From positions 105,216,001 through 105,280,000 of the forward strand of contig CM059431.1 in assembly GCA_030390025.1 (NCBI GenBank): a stretch of 64,000 bases of DNA. The letters are read 5' to 3'. The notes under the pieces are model-generated. The model was given only the letters and a program-made list of their open reading frames with translations. It was not told where the DNA came from and ran no database searches. Of this stretch, positions 1-12,227 are shown one piece after another. The stretch is from Squalus acanthias. Taxonomy: Eukaryota. The position numbers and the translations under genes are program-made. The number at the start of each line of letters is the position of its first letter. The first letter of the stretch is position 1.

Positions 1-1185
1 TATTTGTTCAGAGTCTCTGCCATTTCCCCATTCCCCATTATTAATTCCCCATTCTCATCCTCTAAGGGACCAACATTTACTTTAGCTACTCTCTTCCTTT
101 TTATATACCTGTAGAAGCTCTTACTTTCTGTTTTAATATTTCTTGCCAGTTTACTCTCATAATTCACCTTCTCTCTCTTTATTATTTTTTTAGTCATCCT
201 TTGCTGGTTTTTTAAAATTTCCCAATCCTCTGGCCTCCCACCAATCTTGGCAACATTGTATGCCTTTGTTTTCATTTAATACCATCCTTTACTTCCTTAG
301 TTAGCCACGGATAGTGCTTCCTTCTCTTAAAATCTTTCTTTCTCACTGGAATATATTTTTGTTGAGAGTTATAAAATATCTCCTTAAATGTCCGCCACTG
401 CATTTGAACTGTCTTACCTTTTAATTTATTTTTCCAGTCCACTTTAACCAGTTCTGCCCTCATGCCATTGCAATTGCCTTTGTTTAAGATCAGGACATTA
501 CTTTGAGATACAACCTTCTCACCCTCCAACTGAATTTGAAATGCAACCATGTTATGATCACTCTTTCCTAGAGGATCCTTTACTATGAGATCATTTATTA
601 ATTCTGTCTCATTACATAGTACCAGATCCAAGATAGCCTGCTCCCTGGTTGGTTCCATTACATACTGTTCCAGGAAACCATCCCGGATACATTCTATGAA
701 CTCGTCCTCAAGGCTACCATGGCCAATTTGATTTGTCCAATCAATATGGAGATTAAAATCACCCATGATTATTACCGTACCTTTTTTACAGGCCTCCATT
801 ATTTGTTGATTTATACTCTGTCCAACTGTATTGCTACTGTTCGGGGGCCTGTAGACTATGCCCACCACTGACTTGTTCCCCTTATTATTTTTTATCTCCA
901 CCCAAACCGATTCTACATCTTGATCTTCTGAGCCAATATCACTTCTCACCACTGCACTGATCCCATCCTTTACCAACAAATCCACCCCACCTCCCTTTCC
1001 TTTCTGTCTATCCTTCTGAATTGTCAAAATACCCTGGAATATTCAGTTCCCAGCCCTGGTAACCTTGCAACCACGTCTCTGTAATGGCGATCAGATCATA
1101 CCCATTTGTATCTACTTGTGCGGTCAACTCATCTATCTTGTTACGAATGCTGCTTGCATTCAGATATAGAGCTTTTAACTTTGTC
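1..1185 (-). mobile_element. CR1 LINE ORF2, endonuclease region (frameshifted; runs off window start)
   Basis: ORFs 1008..1421 and 272..1027 give APE-type EN motifs LNASSIRNK, IAITETWL, GGGV, YRPP, MGDFN, LDLVL and SDH. Frameshift near 1025. Confidence 0.95.
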
Positions 1186-1322
1186 TTTTTACCATTTCTC
1201 CTTGTTTTGGCCCCATTTTCTGTTGCACTCTTATTTTGAAACATTCTGTCCCTTCTTGTCACACTCTGGTTATTATTTCCCCCATCTCTATCCTGCTCTA
1301 TTGTTTTCTCATTTCTCACTGA

Positions 1323-1361
1323 CCTCAAAGGCAGGTGTGCTACCCACTGAGCCATGGCTGA
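1323..1361 (-). mobile_element. tRNA-derived head fragment of a Deu-domain SINE
   Basis: Reverse complement tgtcagccatggctcagtgggtagcac resembles the SINE head at 37141. Confidence 0.55.
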
Positions 1362-1375
1362 CACGTTATACATTA

Positions 1376-2140
1376 GGGCCAGAAATTCGGCTCTTCGGCT
1401 TCCCGCGGGTGCAAGGATCACGCGCGTACTTACATACCGCGCCTGCTGTTGTGCTTCGGGCCCGCGTGGAATTCGGCTCCTGGACCTCCTGCAGCTGCCG
1501 GCGCGCAGTGCTTGCGTATCCCAGGGGCACAGTTAGTTCAAAGCGTCCCCATGGATCACGTGGGCCGTGGAGAGCCAATCGGAGCAGGGAATCTCCATTC
1601 ATAGATTTTGACAGGAAGACCTGTCAAATCTATGAATAGAGATCGGCCCCAAAACCTCACTAAAACTTCAAATAAATTTTTAAAAAACATCACATTTTTA
1701 AAATAACTATAAATTACATAAATTAACTACTTCAAACAAAAATTTAAATTTTTGAAAAAATTAATTACACTTTTTAACGGTGCTAAAAATAAACTTACCT
1801 TTCTTTAAAGTATGTAAAAAAAATAAACCTGTTGAAAAAATGTTTAAATCGTACTTAATTCACCACTTACCTTGTTAAAAGCAGGCCTTGCGCCTCCTTT
1901 TTTCCTGCGCAGCTTCTCCGTACTTACCCTCACGGAGAAACCTGAATAAAAAAACTAAGTTCGCTGCGTGCGCGCTGCATCTCCGGCACACGCGGTTGAC
2001 CCTTGAACCCCTTCTTTCACGAGACCGGAAGTTCCGGTTTCCCGTGCATGCGCAGCGCATGCGCGAAACCAGCACCTCCGGTGGCCCTACGGGTGAGTAC
2101 ACAGCGCGTACTCACCCGTGGAGACCCACATTTCTGCCCC
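1376..2140. mobile_element. Harbinger-like MITE, family A
   Basis: Imperfect TIRs gggccagaaat/atttctgcccc; colinear in reverse with 38209-40703; AT-rich core and subterminal palindromes. Confidence 0.85.
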
Positions 2141-2486
2141 AATAATATTAACAATCTTACATCTCCACACACCTCCTGTCTACAAAACTATACTTCCTGC
2201 TGTCTTGTTTTTGGCACACATTTTGTAATTCCAAAGATACACCTATTCTTGACTCCTATCGAGTGGGAGGAGTGGAGAGATGGAAGGAAATGGAAAAAGA
2301 AGGAGAGTGAGATAGAGAAGGGGAGAGGGAGGGGAAAGGGGGGAAGGGACAGAAGGGAAAGGATTGAGGGGTTTGGCCTCGGAATAATGCTCAGGTATTT
2401 TTTTTGATAGTTACTGCCAAGGAGAAGGGGAAGGTGCAAATAACAATAACATTCATTTCACTCAGGCCATAATAAATAAAATGTTA

Positions 2487-2668
2487 CAAAAGCAAAATAC
2501 TGCGGCTGCTGGAAACCTGAAATCAAAACAGAAGATGCTGGAAAACACACAGCAGGTCAGGCAGCATCTGTACGAAAGGTCATCGACCTGAAATGTTAAC
2601 TCTGTTTCTCTCTCCACAGATGCTGCCTTGACCTGCCGAGTTTTTTCCCCAGCATTTTCTGTTTTTTT
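2487..2668. mobile_element. Penelope-like element terminus in inverted (tail-to-tail) arrangement
   Basis: Arms atgctggaaaa..caggtcaggcagcatctg and cagatgctgccttgacctg..ccagcat are inverted; same sequence family as 55783-55885, which follows a GIY-YIG ORF. Confidence 0.75.
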
Positions 2669-2728
2669 ATCATGGAATAAAATGTTCTTGAGTGATTTGG
2701 TATTTGCGATTGATGCCTGGACTTTCAC

Positions 2729-3727
2729 TGTCACTCTCTCTCTCTCTCGCTCGGTTCTCTCGGTTCTCTCTCTCGGTTCTCTCGGTTCTCTCTCTCACTC
2801 TCTCTCTCTCTGTTCTCTCTCTCTCACTCTCTCTCTCTCTCTCTCTCTCGGTTCTCTCTCTCTCTCTCTCTCGCTCTCGGTTCTCTCTCTCTCTCTCTCT
2901 CTCGGTTCTCTCTCTCTCTCTCGGTTCTCTCTCTCTCTCTCTCTCTGTTCTCTCTCTCTCTCGCTCTCGGTTCTCTCTCTCTCTCTCGGTTCTCTCTCTC
3001 TCTCTCTCTGTTCTCACTCTCTCTCTCTCTCTCTCTCGGTTCTCTCTCTCTCTCACTCTCTCTCTCTGTTCTCTCTCTCTCTCTCTCTCGGTTCTCTCTC
3101 TCTCTGTTCTCTCTCTCTCTGTTCTCTCTCTCTCTCTCTCTCTCTCTCTGTTCTCTCTCTCTCGGTTCTCTCTCCTCTCTCTCTCTCTCTCTGTTCTCTC
3201 TCTCTCTCTCTCTCTCTGTTCTCTCTCTCTCGGTTCTCTCTCTCTCTCTCTCTCGGTTCTCTCTCTCTCTCTCGGTTCTCTCTCTCTCACTGTCTCACTC
3301 TCGGTTCTCTCTCTCTCTCTCTCTCTCTGTTCTCTCTCTCTCTCTCTCTCGGTTCTCTCTCTCTCACTCTCTCTCTCGGTTCTCTCTCTCTCTCTCTCTC
3401 TCTCGGTTCTCTCTCTCTCTTTCTCTCTCGGTTCTCTCTCTCTCTCTCTTGTTTCTCTCTCTCTCTCTCGGTTCTCTCTCTCTCTCGGTTCTCTCTCTCT
3501 CTCACTCTCTCTCTCTCTCGGTTCTCTCTCACTCTCTCTCTCTCTGTTCTCTCTCTCTCTCTCTGTTCTCTCTCTCTCTCTCTCTCTCTCTCGGTTCTCT
3601 CTCACTCTCTCTCTCTCTCTTGGTTCTCTCTCTCGGTTCTCTCTCTCTCTCTCGGTTCTCTCTCTCTCTCACTCTCTCTCTCGGTTCTCTCTCACTCTCT
3701 CTCTCTCTGTTCTCTCTCTCTCTCTCG

Positions 3728-3761
<34 letters not shown>

Positions 3762-4653
3762 CTCTCTCTCTCTTTCTCTCTCAGTTCTCTCTCTCTCTCT
3801 CTCTCGTTTCTCTCTCTCTCTCTCGGTTCTCTCTCTCTCTCTCTCGGTTCTCTCTCTCTCACTCTCTCTCTCTCTCGGTTCTCTCTCACTCTCTCTCTCT
3901 CTGTTCTCTCTCTCTCTCTCGGTTCTCTCTCTCTCTCTCTCTCGGTTCTCTCTCACTCTCTCTCTCTCTCTGTTCTCTCTCTCTCTCTCTGTTCTCTCTC
4001 TCTCTCTCTCTCTCTCTCTGTTCTCTCTCTCTCTTTCTCTCTCGGTTCTCTCTCTCTCTCTCTCTCGTTTCTCTCTCTCTCTCTCGGTTCTCTCTCTCTC
4101 TCTCTCGGTTCTCTCTCTCTCACTCTCTCTCTCTCTCGGTTCTCTCTCACTCTCTCTCTCTCTGTTCTCTCTCTCTCTCTCGGTTCTCTCTCTCTCTCTC
4201 TCTCGGTTCTCTCTCACTCTCTCTCTCTCTCTTGGTTCTCTCTCTCGGTTCTCTCTCTCTCTCTCGGTTCTCTCTCTCTCTCACTCTCTCTCTCTCTCGG
4301 TTCTCTCTCACTCTCTCTCTCTCTGTTCTCTCTCTCTCTCGGTTCTCTCTCTCTCTCTCTCTCTCTCTCTGTTCTCTCTCTCTCTTTCTCTCTCGGTTCT
4401 CTCTCTCTCTCTCTCTCGTTTCTCTCTCTCTCTCTCGGTTCTCTCTCTCTCTCTCTCAGTTCTCTCTCTCTCACTCTCTCTCTCTTTCGGTTTTCTCTCA
4501 CTCTCTCTCTCTCTGTTCTCTCTCTCTCTCTCGGTTCTCTCTCTCTCTTGGTTCTCTCTCTCTCACTATCTCTCTCTCTGTTCTCTCTCTCTCACTCTCT
4601 CTCTGTTCTCTCTCTCTCTCTCTCTCTCTCTCTGTTCTCTCTCTCTCTCTCTC
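2729..4653. repeat. Compound (CT)n satellite punctuated by CGGTT/CTGTT/CA units, with higher-order repeats
   Basis: Directly visible; the S/L- and R/E-rich ORFs are artefacts of this repeat. Confidence 0.97.
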
Positions 4654-4885
4654 ACGCGCACATACACTCTCGAGTAAACAATCGAGGAGATTTGAGCGTA
4701 TTGTACGTCCATCCGTAATTCTGCGATCTTCTTTCGGCTGCGTATATGATTTGCACCCAGGTTGCACATGTCGCTGAGTGCAAATGTACAGAAAACTCCA
4801 GGCCAATATTTGCTCTTGGAAGTAGTCCACTGGCATTTATAATAGATTTGATTATATTCAGGCATGTTACCCCTACTACTGGGAA

Positions 4886-7800
4886 TGGTAGCATAGTGGT
4901 TATGTCACTGGACTAGTAATCCAGTAGGCCTTGGACTAATGATCTGTGAGACGTGAGTTCTAAATCCCACCAAGGCAGCTGGAGAATTTAAATTCCATTC
5001 ATTAAATTTTAAAAAGCCAGTATCAGTAATGGTGACCATGAAACTATTGGATTGTCGTAAAAACCCATCTGGTTCACGAATGGAAGGAAATCTGCCGTCC
5101 TTACCCAGTCTGGCCCACATGTGACTCCCGACCCACAGTAATGTGGTTGACTCTTAACTGCCCTCTGAAATGGTCCAGCAAGCCACTCAGTTGTACACAA
5201 CCGCTATGAAAAACAATAATAAGAATAAAACCGGGCGGACCACCCGGCATCGACCTCAGCACCGGCTTCGGACATGACAACGTGCACCCAGTCCAGTTCA
5301 ACCCTGCAAAGTCCTCCTCACTAACATCTGGGAACTTGTGCCAAAATTGGGAGAGCTGTCCCACAGACTAGTCAAAGTCATAATCATACTCACAGAATCA
5401 TAACTTCAGCCCATGTCCCAGATTTCTCCATCATCACCATCCCTGGGTATGTCCTGTCCCACCGGCAGGAGAGACCCACCAGGGGTGGCGGCACAGTGGT
5501 ATACAGTCAGCAGGGAGTGGCCCTGGGAGTCCTCAACATTGACTCTGGACCCCATGAAGTCTCATGGCTTCAGGTCAAGCACGGGCAAGGAAGCCTCTTG
5601 CTGATTACCACACTCAGCTGATGAATCTGTACTCCTCCATGTTGAACACCACTTGGAAGAAGCACTGAGGGTAGCAATGGCACAGAATGTACTCTGGGTG
5701 GGGGACTTCAATGTCCATTGCAAGAGTGGCTCGGTAGCACCACAATTGGCCAAGCCGTAAGGACATAACTGCCAGACTAGGACTGCGGCAGGCAGTGAGG
5801 GAAAAACTTACTTGACCTCATCCTCACCAATCCACCTGTCGTAGATGCATCTGCCATGACAGCATTGGTAGCAGTGGCCACCCCACAGATCTTGTGGAGA
5901 TGAAATCCCATCTTCACACTGAGGACACCCTCCATCGTGTGGTGTGGCACTACCACCATGATAAATGGGACAGATACAGAACAGATCTAGCAGCTCAAAA
6001 CTGGGCATCCATGAGGCGCTGTGGGCCATCAGCAGCAGCAGAATTGTATTCCAGTACAACCTGTAACCTCATGGCCCCGCATATCCCTCACTCTACCATT
6101 ACCATCAAGCCAGGGGACCAATCCTGGTTCAATGAGGAGTGTAGAACAGCATGCCAGGAGCAGCACCAGGCATACATAAAAATGAGGTGCCAAACTGTAG
6201 GGGGTGGTGGTATGTGTGTCAGCTTCACCTCTGACTTCTGAGCGGTTCGAATCGCTCCCACTCCTTTGGTTCTAGACCTTGGACTTATTTGGGGGTTGTG
6301 ACAAAAGTACAACAGACAACTGGTTTTGATGCAAGAACTTTGATCTTTATTCAAGAGAGTAAATATAACATAACAATCTTAACACTCTAATAAAATGGGG
6401 AACACTTCAGTACATATGAGGGAAATCACATTAGAAGAATACCTCACCCCTCCCAATCCCACTTTACCAGCTAAGTTGGGCTCTAGAGAACCAGGGATAA
6501 TGCTCACCAAACGAATCCTTGACAGTTGCGCTGGTTCGTGGTTTCGGGGTTCGCTGGATTGGATTTATCGGGTGAGTACCCACTTTTCCTTGGTTAGAGG
6601 TAGGGTTTAGAGTCCTTTTAAGTAAAAAGTTTCGTAAGGCCCTTGTTGCCGCGAGGTGTCCGATGGTCACTGAAGCGGTCGCTCTGGTCTCTTCTTGCGT
6701 GTCGGCCTGCTTCTGGAGCTGCTGGCCTTCTTTGTTGAACTTCTTTCTGTTGCCCCCTCGCCTTGTTGAACTGTCTTCTTCAGAGCTGTGGAACTGCCTT
6801 CTTGCAGAACTGCTTGCTGAACTCCTTGCTGCTTGCTTGTTGAACTTGTTTCTGTTGAACTGTGTGCGGTTGTACTCGAGAACTCCTGACTGTTGTAACT
6901 GTGTAACTGCTCCACCCTTGAACTTGTAGAGAACTTGTTGTACCTGTACTGGAGAACTCGAACTTGAACTGTTGAGAATGGGCCTTTAATTATACCCATT
7001 GACGCTTCGTTATCTGCATGCCAAATCAAATCCCGGTCATTGTAAGATTTTGGAGGGCTCGTTTACAGTAACTGGTTTGTAAATGTGTGAAGTGGTTTCG
7101 GGATAGCTCCATCCTGTCGATCTGTTGTTTAATTTTAGTTGAATTGTCCTCATGTTTTGGGTTTCTTGACTGGGCCTAGGATTTCTATAGAGTAGGCCGA
7201 AGTAATCTGCATGTCTTTAATGGGCTCTGTAAATTTGGGTGGAGACTGTTTTTCCTCAGGTATTGTTAGGATGTTAATGTCTGCGAGGGGCCGATTTAAC
7301 TCCAAGCGAGGTCATGTGGTTCCCCAGACAGTTCCCATTAACTCCAATATCCAAACTGTCTTTACAGAGGTTGACCCCACCTTCCTTTGCAGCCTTTTCT
7401 CCCTTACAAGTCCAGACATGTCTTTTAAAATACCAAATCTCGGTTTTTGCACTAAAATGTCCTTCGGTTAAGCCCAATGCAGTTCACCACCTGTAATAGC
7501 TAGAAAAAGAGTCCAAAGTCTTTTTCCTTTAGGTTTGTCTTCGAGTTTTGGGGGATCTGTGAATTTTGAGAATCTTTCAAAACTGGGGAAGCTGCAACAC
7601 AGGACTACATGCATGCTAAAAAACAGAGCAGCATGCTATAGACAGAGCTAAGCGATCCCACAATCAACAGATCAGATCAAAGCTCTGCAGTCCTGCCACA
7701 TCCAGTCGTTAATGGTGGTGGACCATTAAACAACTAACGGGAGGAGAAGGCGCCATTAATATCCACATCCTCAATGATGACAGAGCCTAGCACACGAGTG

Positions 7801-9445
7801 CAAAAGACAAGGCTGAAGCGTTTGCAACCATCTTCAATCATAAGTGCCGAGTGGATGATCCATATTGGCCTCCTCCTGAGGTCCCCACCATCACAGAAGC
7901 CAGTCTTCAGCCAATTCGATTCACTCCACATGATATCAAGAAACGGCTGAGCGCACTGGATACAGCAAAGGCTATGGGCCCCAACAACATCCCGGCTGTT
8001 CCAGTACAGCTACAACATTGGCATCTACCCGACAATGTGAAAAACTGCCCAGGTATGTCCTGTCCACAAAAAGAAGGACAAATCTAACCTGGCCAATTAC
8101 CACCCCATCAGTCTACTCTCAATCATCAGCAAAGTGATGGAAGGTATCGTCGACAGTGCTATCAAGCGACACTTACTCACCAATAACCTGCTCACTGATG
8201 CCCAGTTTGGGTTCCGCCAAGACCACTCGGCTCCAGACCTCATTACAGCCCTGGTCCAAACATGAACGAAAGAGTTGAATTCCAGAGGTGAGGTGAGAGT
8301 GACTGCCCTTGACATCAAGGCAGCATTTGACCGAGTGTGGCATCAAGGAGCCCTAGTAAAATTGAAGTCAATGGGAATCAGGGGGAAAACTCATCACTGG
8401 CTGGAGTCATACCTAGCACAAAGGAAGATGGTTATAGTTGTTTGAGGACAATTATCTCAGCTCCAGGACATTGCTGCAAGAGTTCCTCAGGGTAGTGTCT
8501 TATCCCAATCATCTTCAGTCGCTTCATCAATGACCTTCCCTCCATCATAAAGGTCAGAAGTGGGAATGTTCACTGATGACTGCACAGTGTTCAATTCCAT
8601 TTGCAATTCCTCAGATAATGCCCGAATGCAACAAGACCTGAATGACTTTCAGGCTTGGGCTGATAAGTGGCAAGTAACATTCGTGCCACACAAGTGCCAG
8701 GCAATGACTAGCTTCAACAAGCAAGAGTCTAACCACCGCCCCTTGACATTCAACGGCATTACCATCACCGAATCCCCCACCATCAATATCCTAGGGGTCA
8801 CCATGGACCAGCCACATCAATACTGTGGCTACAAGAGCAGGTCAGAGGCTGGGTATTCTGCGGCGAGTGTCTCACCTCCTGACTCCCCAAATGCTTTCCT
8901 CCATCTACAAGGCACAAATCAGGAGTATGATTGAATACTCTCCACTTGCCTGGATGAGTGCAGCTGCAACAACACTCAAGAAGCTTGACACCATCCAGGA
9001 CAAACCAGCCTGCTTGATTGGCACCCCATTCACCACCTTAAACATTCACTCCCTCCACCACCGGCGTACCGTGGCTGCAGTGTGTACCATCTACAAGATG
9101 CACTGCAGCAACTCACCAAGGCTTCTTCGGCAGCACCTCCTAAACCCGTGACCTCTTCCACCTAGAAGGACAAGCACATCAGACGCATGGGAACACCACC
9201 ACCTCCAAGTTCCCCTCCAAGTCACACACCATCTTGACTTGGAAATATATTGGCTATTCCTTCATCGTCGCTGGGTCAAAATCCTGGAACTCCCTCCCTA
9301 ACAGCACTGTGGGAGCACCTTCACCACACGGACTGCAGTGGTTCAAGAAGGCGGCTCACCACCACCTTCTCAAGAGCAATTAGGGATGGGCAATAAATGC
9401 TGGTCTTGCTAACGACGCCCGCATCCCATGAACGTATTAAAAAAA
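4886..9445 (+). mobile_element. Near full-length, decayed CR1-superclade (Zenon/Crack-like) LINE with tRNA-like 5' head; interrupted by a solo LTR
   Basis: EN start near 5302 (PCKVLLTNIW), GDFN near 5700, RT motifs PISLLSIISK, LDIKAAFDRVWH and FTDD. 3' hairpin gggatgggc..gcccgcatccc then an A tail. Many stops and frameshifts. Same family as 46695-53187. Confidence 0.9.
6196..7579 (-). mobile_element. Solo LTR (ERV/Gypsy-type), about 1.38 kb
   Basis: Minus strand starts TGAAAGA and ends CCCTACA; 4-bp TSD aaac (6192-6195/7580-7583); minus-strand TATA-like sequence near 6990 and AATAAA near 6346. The host LINE rejoins across it (compare 52960-52985). Confidence 0.9.
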
Positions 9446-9540
9446 TGTAGAATTTCCTTGCAATGTCAGAGTGTTCTGAAGTTTAATGGCGTGTTTGATC
9501 TCATTTTGCTTTTGCAGTTGGAATTCTATCATTAAACATT

Positions 9541-10032
9541 AGGTCAGATCTTGCTGGAACAATAACGGTGTGCTAATGTTGCACCTTGTTATTAATGCGC
9601 AAATCGGCCAGCAAGTTCAGGGCATGAGGAGATACACCGTGAGTTGTTAATCTCCAGAACTTGCTGGTTGTTTTACGCCACTCTGAAGTTTGCTTCACAC
9701 AAATGATATCTCGCCCTCAGCCTCCCCGTTATTGTTAAGAATTATTTTCTTTCCCTCGCTTTCCATCTCTCTCTGTACCTGATTTGACTCTAATTCACTA
9801 TTCCTTTGGGTTTTCTTTCTCAATCCTTAAATCTCATTGATTAAGGAAGGAGACAGACTCTTGGTCCCGTCGTTCACTGAGGTCCCAGATGCCCTGTTGC
9901 CCTCGCCGCGCTGTCATCAGCTCGCACTCCCGTCAAGTTATGAGACAAAACTTTTTTGAGCTGAAGGGTGAGGGAGAAAGTCTAACTAATGGGGCATGCG
10001 GCGAGATGCCCCGCTCCTGTAACATCAGACCC
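9541..10032. mobile_element. Harbinger-like MITE, family B
   Basis: TIR-like ends aggtcagat/atcagaccc; reverse-similar to 43837-44588. Confidence 0.7.
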
Positions 10033-10732
10033 AATAATGAGTTTGATCTTATCTAGTGCATTGATTCATGCAAATTCAGAATTTGCATTTAGGCATCCTA
10101 AATATAGATCTTCTAAATCTCTGTGAATAAAATGGGATTGTTGACTACGTTTGTTAAAAAAGTATCTGTAATCCAATTTGTCGGGTATAACAACTCCCAT
10201 TGAAGTAGAGCTGCTCAATCAGCTAAAACAAATTCAGCACACAAAATGTTAACTTTTTCAAAGGCTTGATTTTGATGGAATAGGTATTGAGATTCTCCAA
10301 GCCCTATGAGAACAATTGGCAGCTTAGCTGGATCATCTACTTCAAATATCCTCGCCAGCCAGGGTCAAACTTGTTAAGTGTCTGACCTAGTTATAGACTA
10401 TAATTATTTCTGCAACCTATTGTTATGCCATTGAAGACACCACTGAGCCACCAAAAAAGCAGATACAAACCAACTAACCACCATGAAAAATAGGGCTACA
10501 TATAGTGACAGTACAATTCCCGGCCAGAATGGAGACGATTGGGTAATTTCCCTGTCATACACTGCTGTGAGTGACTGGGATTGATTTTAAACTCATAAAT
10601 TGTATTATGTAACTATCCTCCACTCACTGCATTTTGCTGGACAAATAATTTTGCTTTAATCGGGAGACGTTGTTGTAGTTTCGGTCATGAGTTCTGTTTA
10701 CTGTAGTTCGTAGAGACTTTTTAAACTAGACA

Positions 10733-10980
10733 CTGTAGACTGTTTGCTGGAGTGCTCTGTTTAAATAGAATCTGTAGACTGTTTGCTGGAGTGCTCTGTT
10801 GAAATAGACTCTGTAGACTGTTTGCTGTAGTGCTCTGTTGAAATAGACTCTGTAGACTGTTTGCTGTAGTACTCTGTTGAAATAGACTCTGTAGACTGTT
10901 TGCTGTAGTACTCTGTTTAAATAAACTCTGTTTTCTGAGTAAAAAGACTCTGTTTGCTGTAAAATAGACTGTTTGCTGTG
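10733..10980. repeat. 39-bp minisatellite, about 5 copies plus partial units
   Basis: Unit ctgtagactgtttgctgtagtgctctgttgaaatagact; 13-aa periodicity in the overlapping ORFs. Confidence 0.93.
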
Positions 10981-11200
10981 AGTCCCGCCGCAAGTGCCAC
11001 CACGCCTCCAACTCATTGGTTCGCACAGCGCAACTCATTGGCTGACACAATGGTGTCAATAGACACTCTGGAAAAATAGACACCAATCACTTAACCACCA
11101 AATAACATGCGATATATGCTCGACAGGTCTTTAGCGCGCCTTTCCAATTCATGCCCTCGGCATGACTCTTTCCCTTTGTCACCAAATTCAAATCGATCGC
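10981..11200. promoter_or_regulatory. Candidate CCAAT/GC-box promoter-like segment (alternatively a minus-strand terminal exon)
   Basis: GC box cccgcc, caactcattgg twice, ccaatcac near 11082; CpG retained in non-repeat sequence. Confidence 0.3.
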
Positions 11201-11599
11201 TGGATACAGTTGAACAAAAGTAAAAAGAGTTTATTTGAAATACACAAAAAAAACAGCTTATCAATTTAAGCACCTCAACAGAATACATAACCAAGGCCTG
11301 GTTTAACAGATGTCGCTCTATATATAATTAGGAAAGGCAATTTTCATCAAACAAGTACATGTGCCTCATTCATAGTCCATTCTAAATTGGTACAGAAGCT
11401 GCACATTGCTGAACTTGGTAACAATACAACCTGTGTGTCAAAGTAGAAAATAACAAATGCTGACCATCGGCCATAAATTGCCCCAAATATAAGCCGATGA
11501 CAAGTGAAAACAAGTAGTTTAACTGAAAGTGCAGTGGGACATGGTCTTGCAAATTAACTATCCCTTACAGTCCTTCACATTTTGGAGGCTCGTTTTGCT

Positions 11600-11730
11600 C
11601 TTTGTGGGAGCTTGCTGTGCGCAATTTGGCTGCTGTCTTTCCTACATTACAACAGTGATTACACTTCAAAAGTACTTCATTGGCTGTGAAGTGCTTTGGG
11701 ACGTCCTGAAGTAAATGTAAATCTTTCTTT
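11600..11730 (+). mobile_element. Deu-domain SINE 3' fragment
   Basis: tttgtgggagcttgctgtgcgc..cttcaaaagtacttcattggctgt, shared with the copies at 37141 and 56248. Confidence 0.85.
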
Positions 11731-12227
11731 CTACTGAACGTTTGAAGGTGAATGAAGCGTCGAAGGCACAATATTTATTTTCTGAGGGGGAAGGATCCAA
11801 GGGCAGGCTCCTCTGGAAAAAAAAATAATTTTGACATGACTGTGGGGCGCTCCAGTTAATTGCAAACACTTTTTCCTTCACAATTGATAGATTTTTTTTT
11901 AAATTAGTGATGTGAGGGCTTTGAGACAGACCATCGTTTCTCTTAAAGCTATCTCAACAATCACATCTCGCCCCTTCGTCGAGGAATCCTGCTCCAATCC
12001 CCCGGCAGTTAACAGAGACACTCTAGCCCTCCACCGTCTGCTGCTCGCAGACCCCCCTGTGCTGTAACCCCCCCTTCCCTCGCTTCACAGCAGTAGTCTC
12101 TACCCCTGCCACCCCAGTTCACGCTAACACACTCCCCCTCCACCACTTGCTCAATGCTGCTCTCGGGCTTTCCCCCCCATGGGCGATCAGTGTTGCTGGT
12201 CAAACTCATCTGATCTGCAGTAATATT

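Noticed and set aside
2628..4777. Long ORFs of 442-696 aa and RE-rich antisense ORFs
   Set aside because: They are translations of the CT satellite, which lacks stop codons.
4655..4800. CpG-rich unique stretch beside the satellite
   Set aside because: Open in several frames with weak splice sites; cannot be assigned.
10721..11086. Repetitive ORFs or a CRISPR-like array
   Set aside because: Head-to-tail 39-bp units with no unique spacers, no cas genes and a eukaryotic context.
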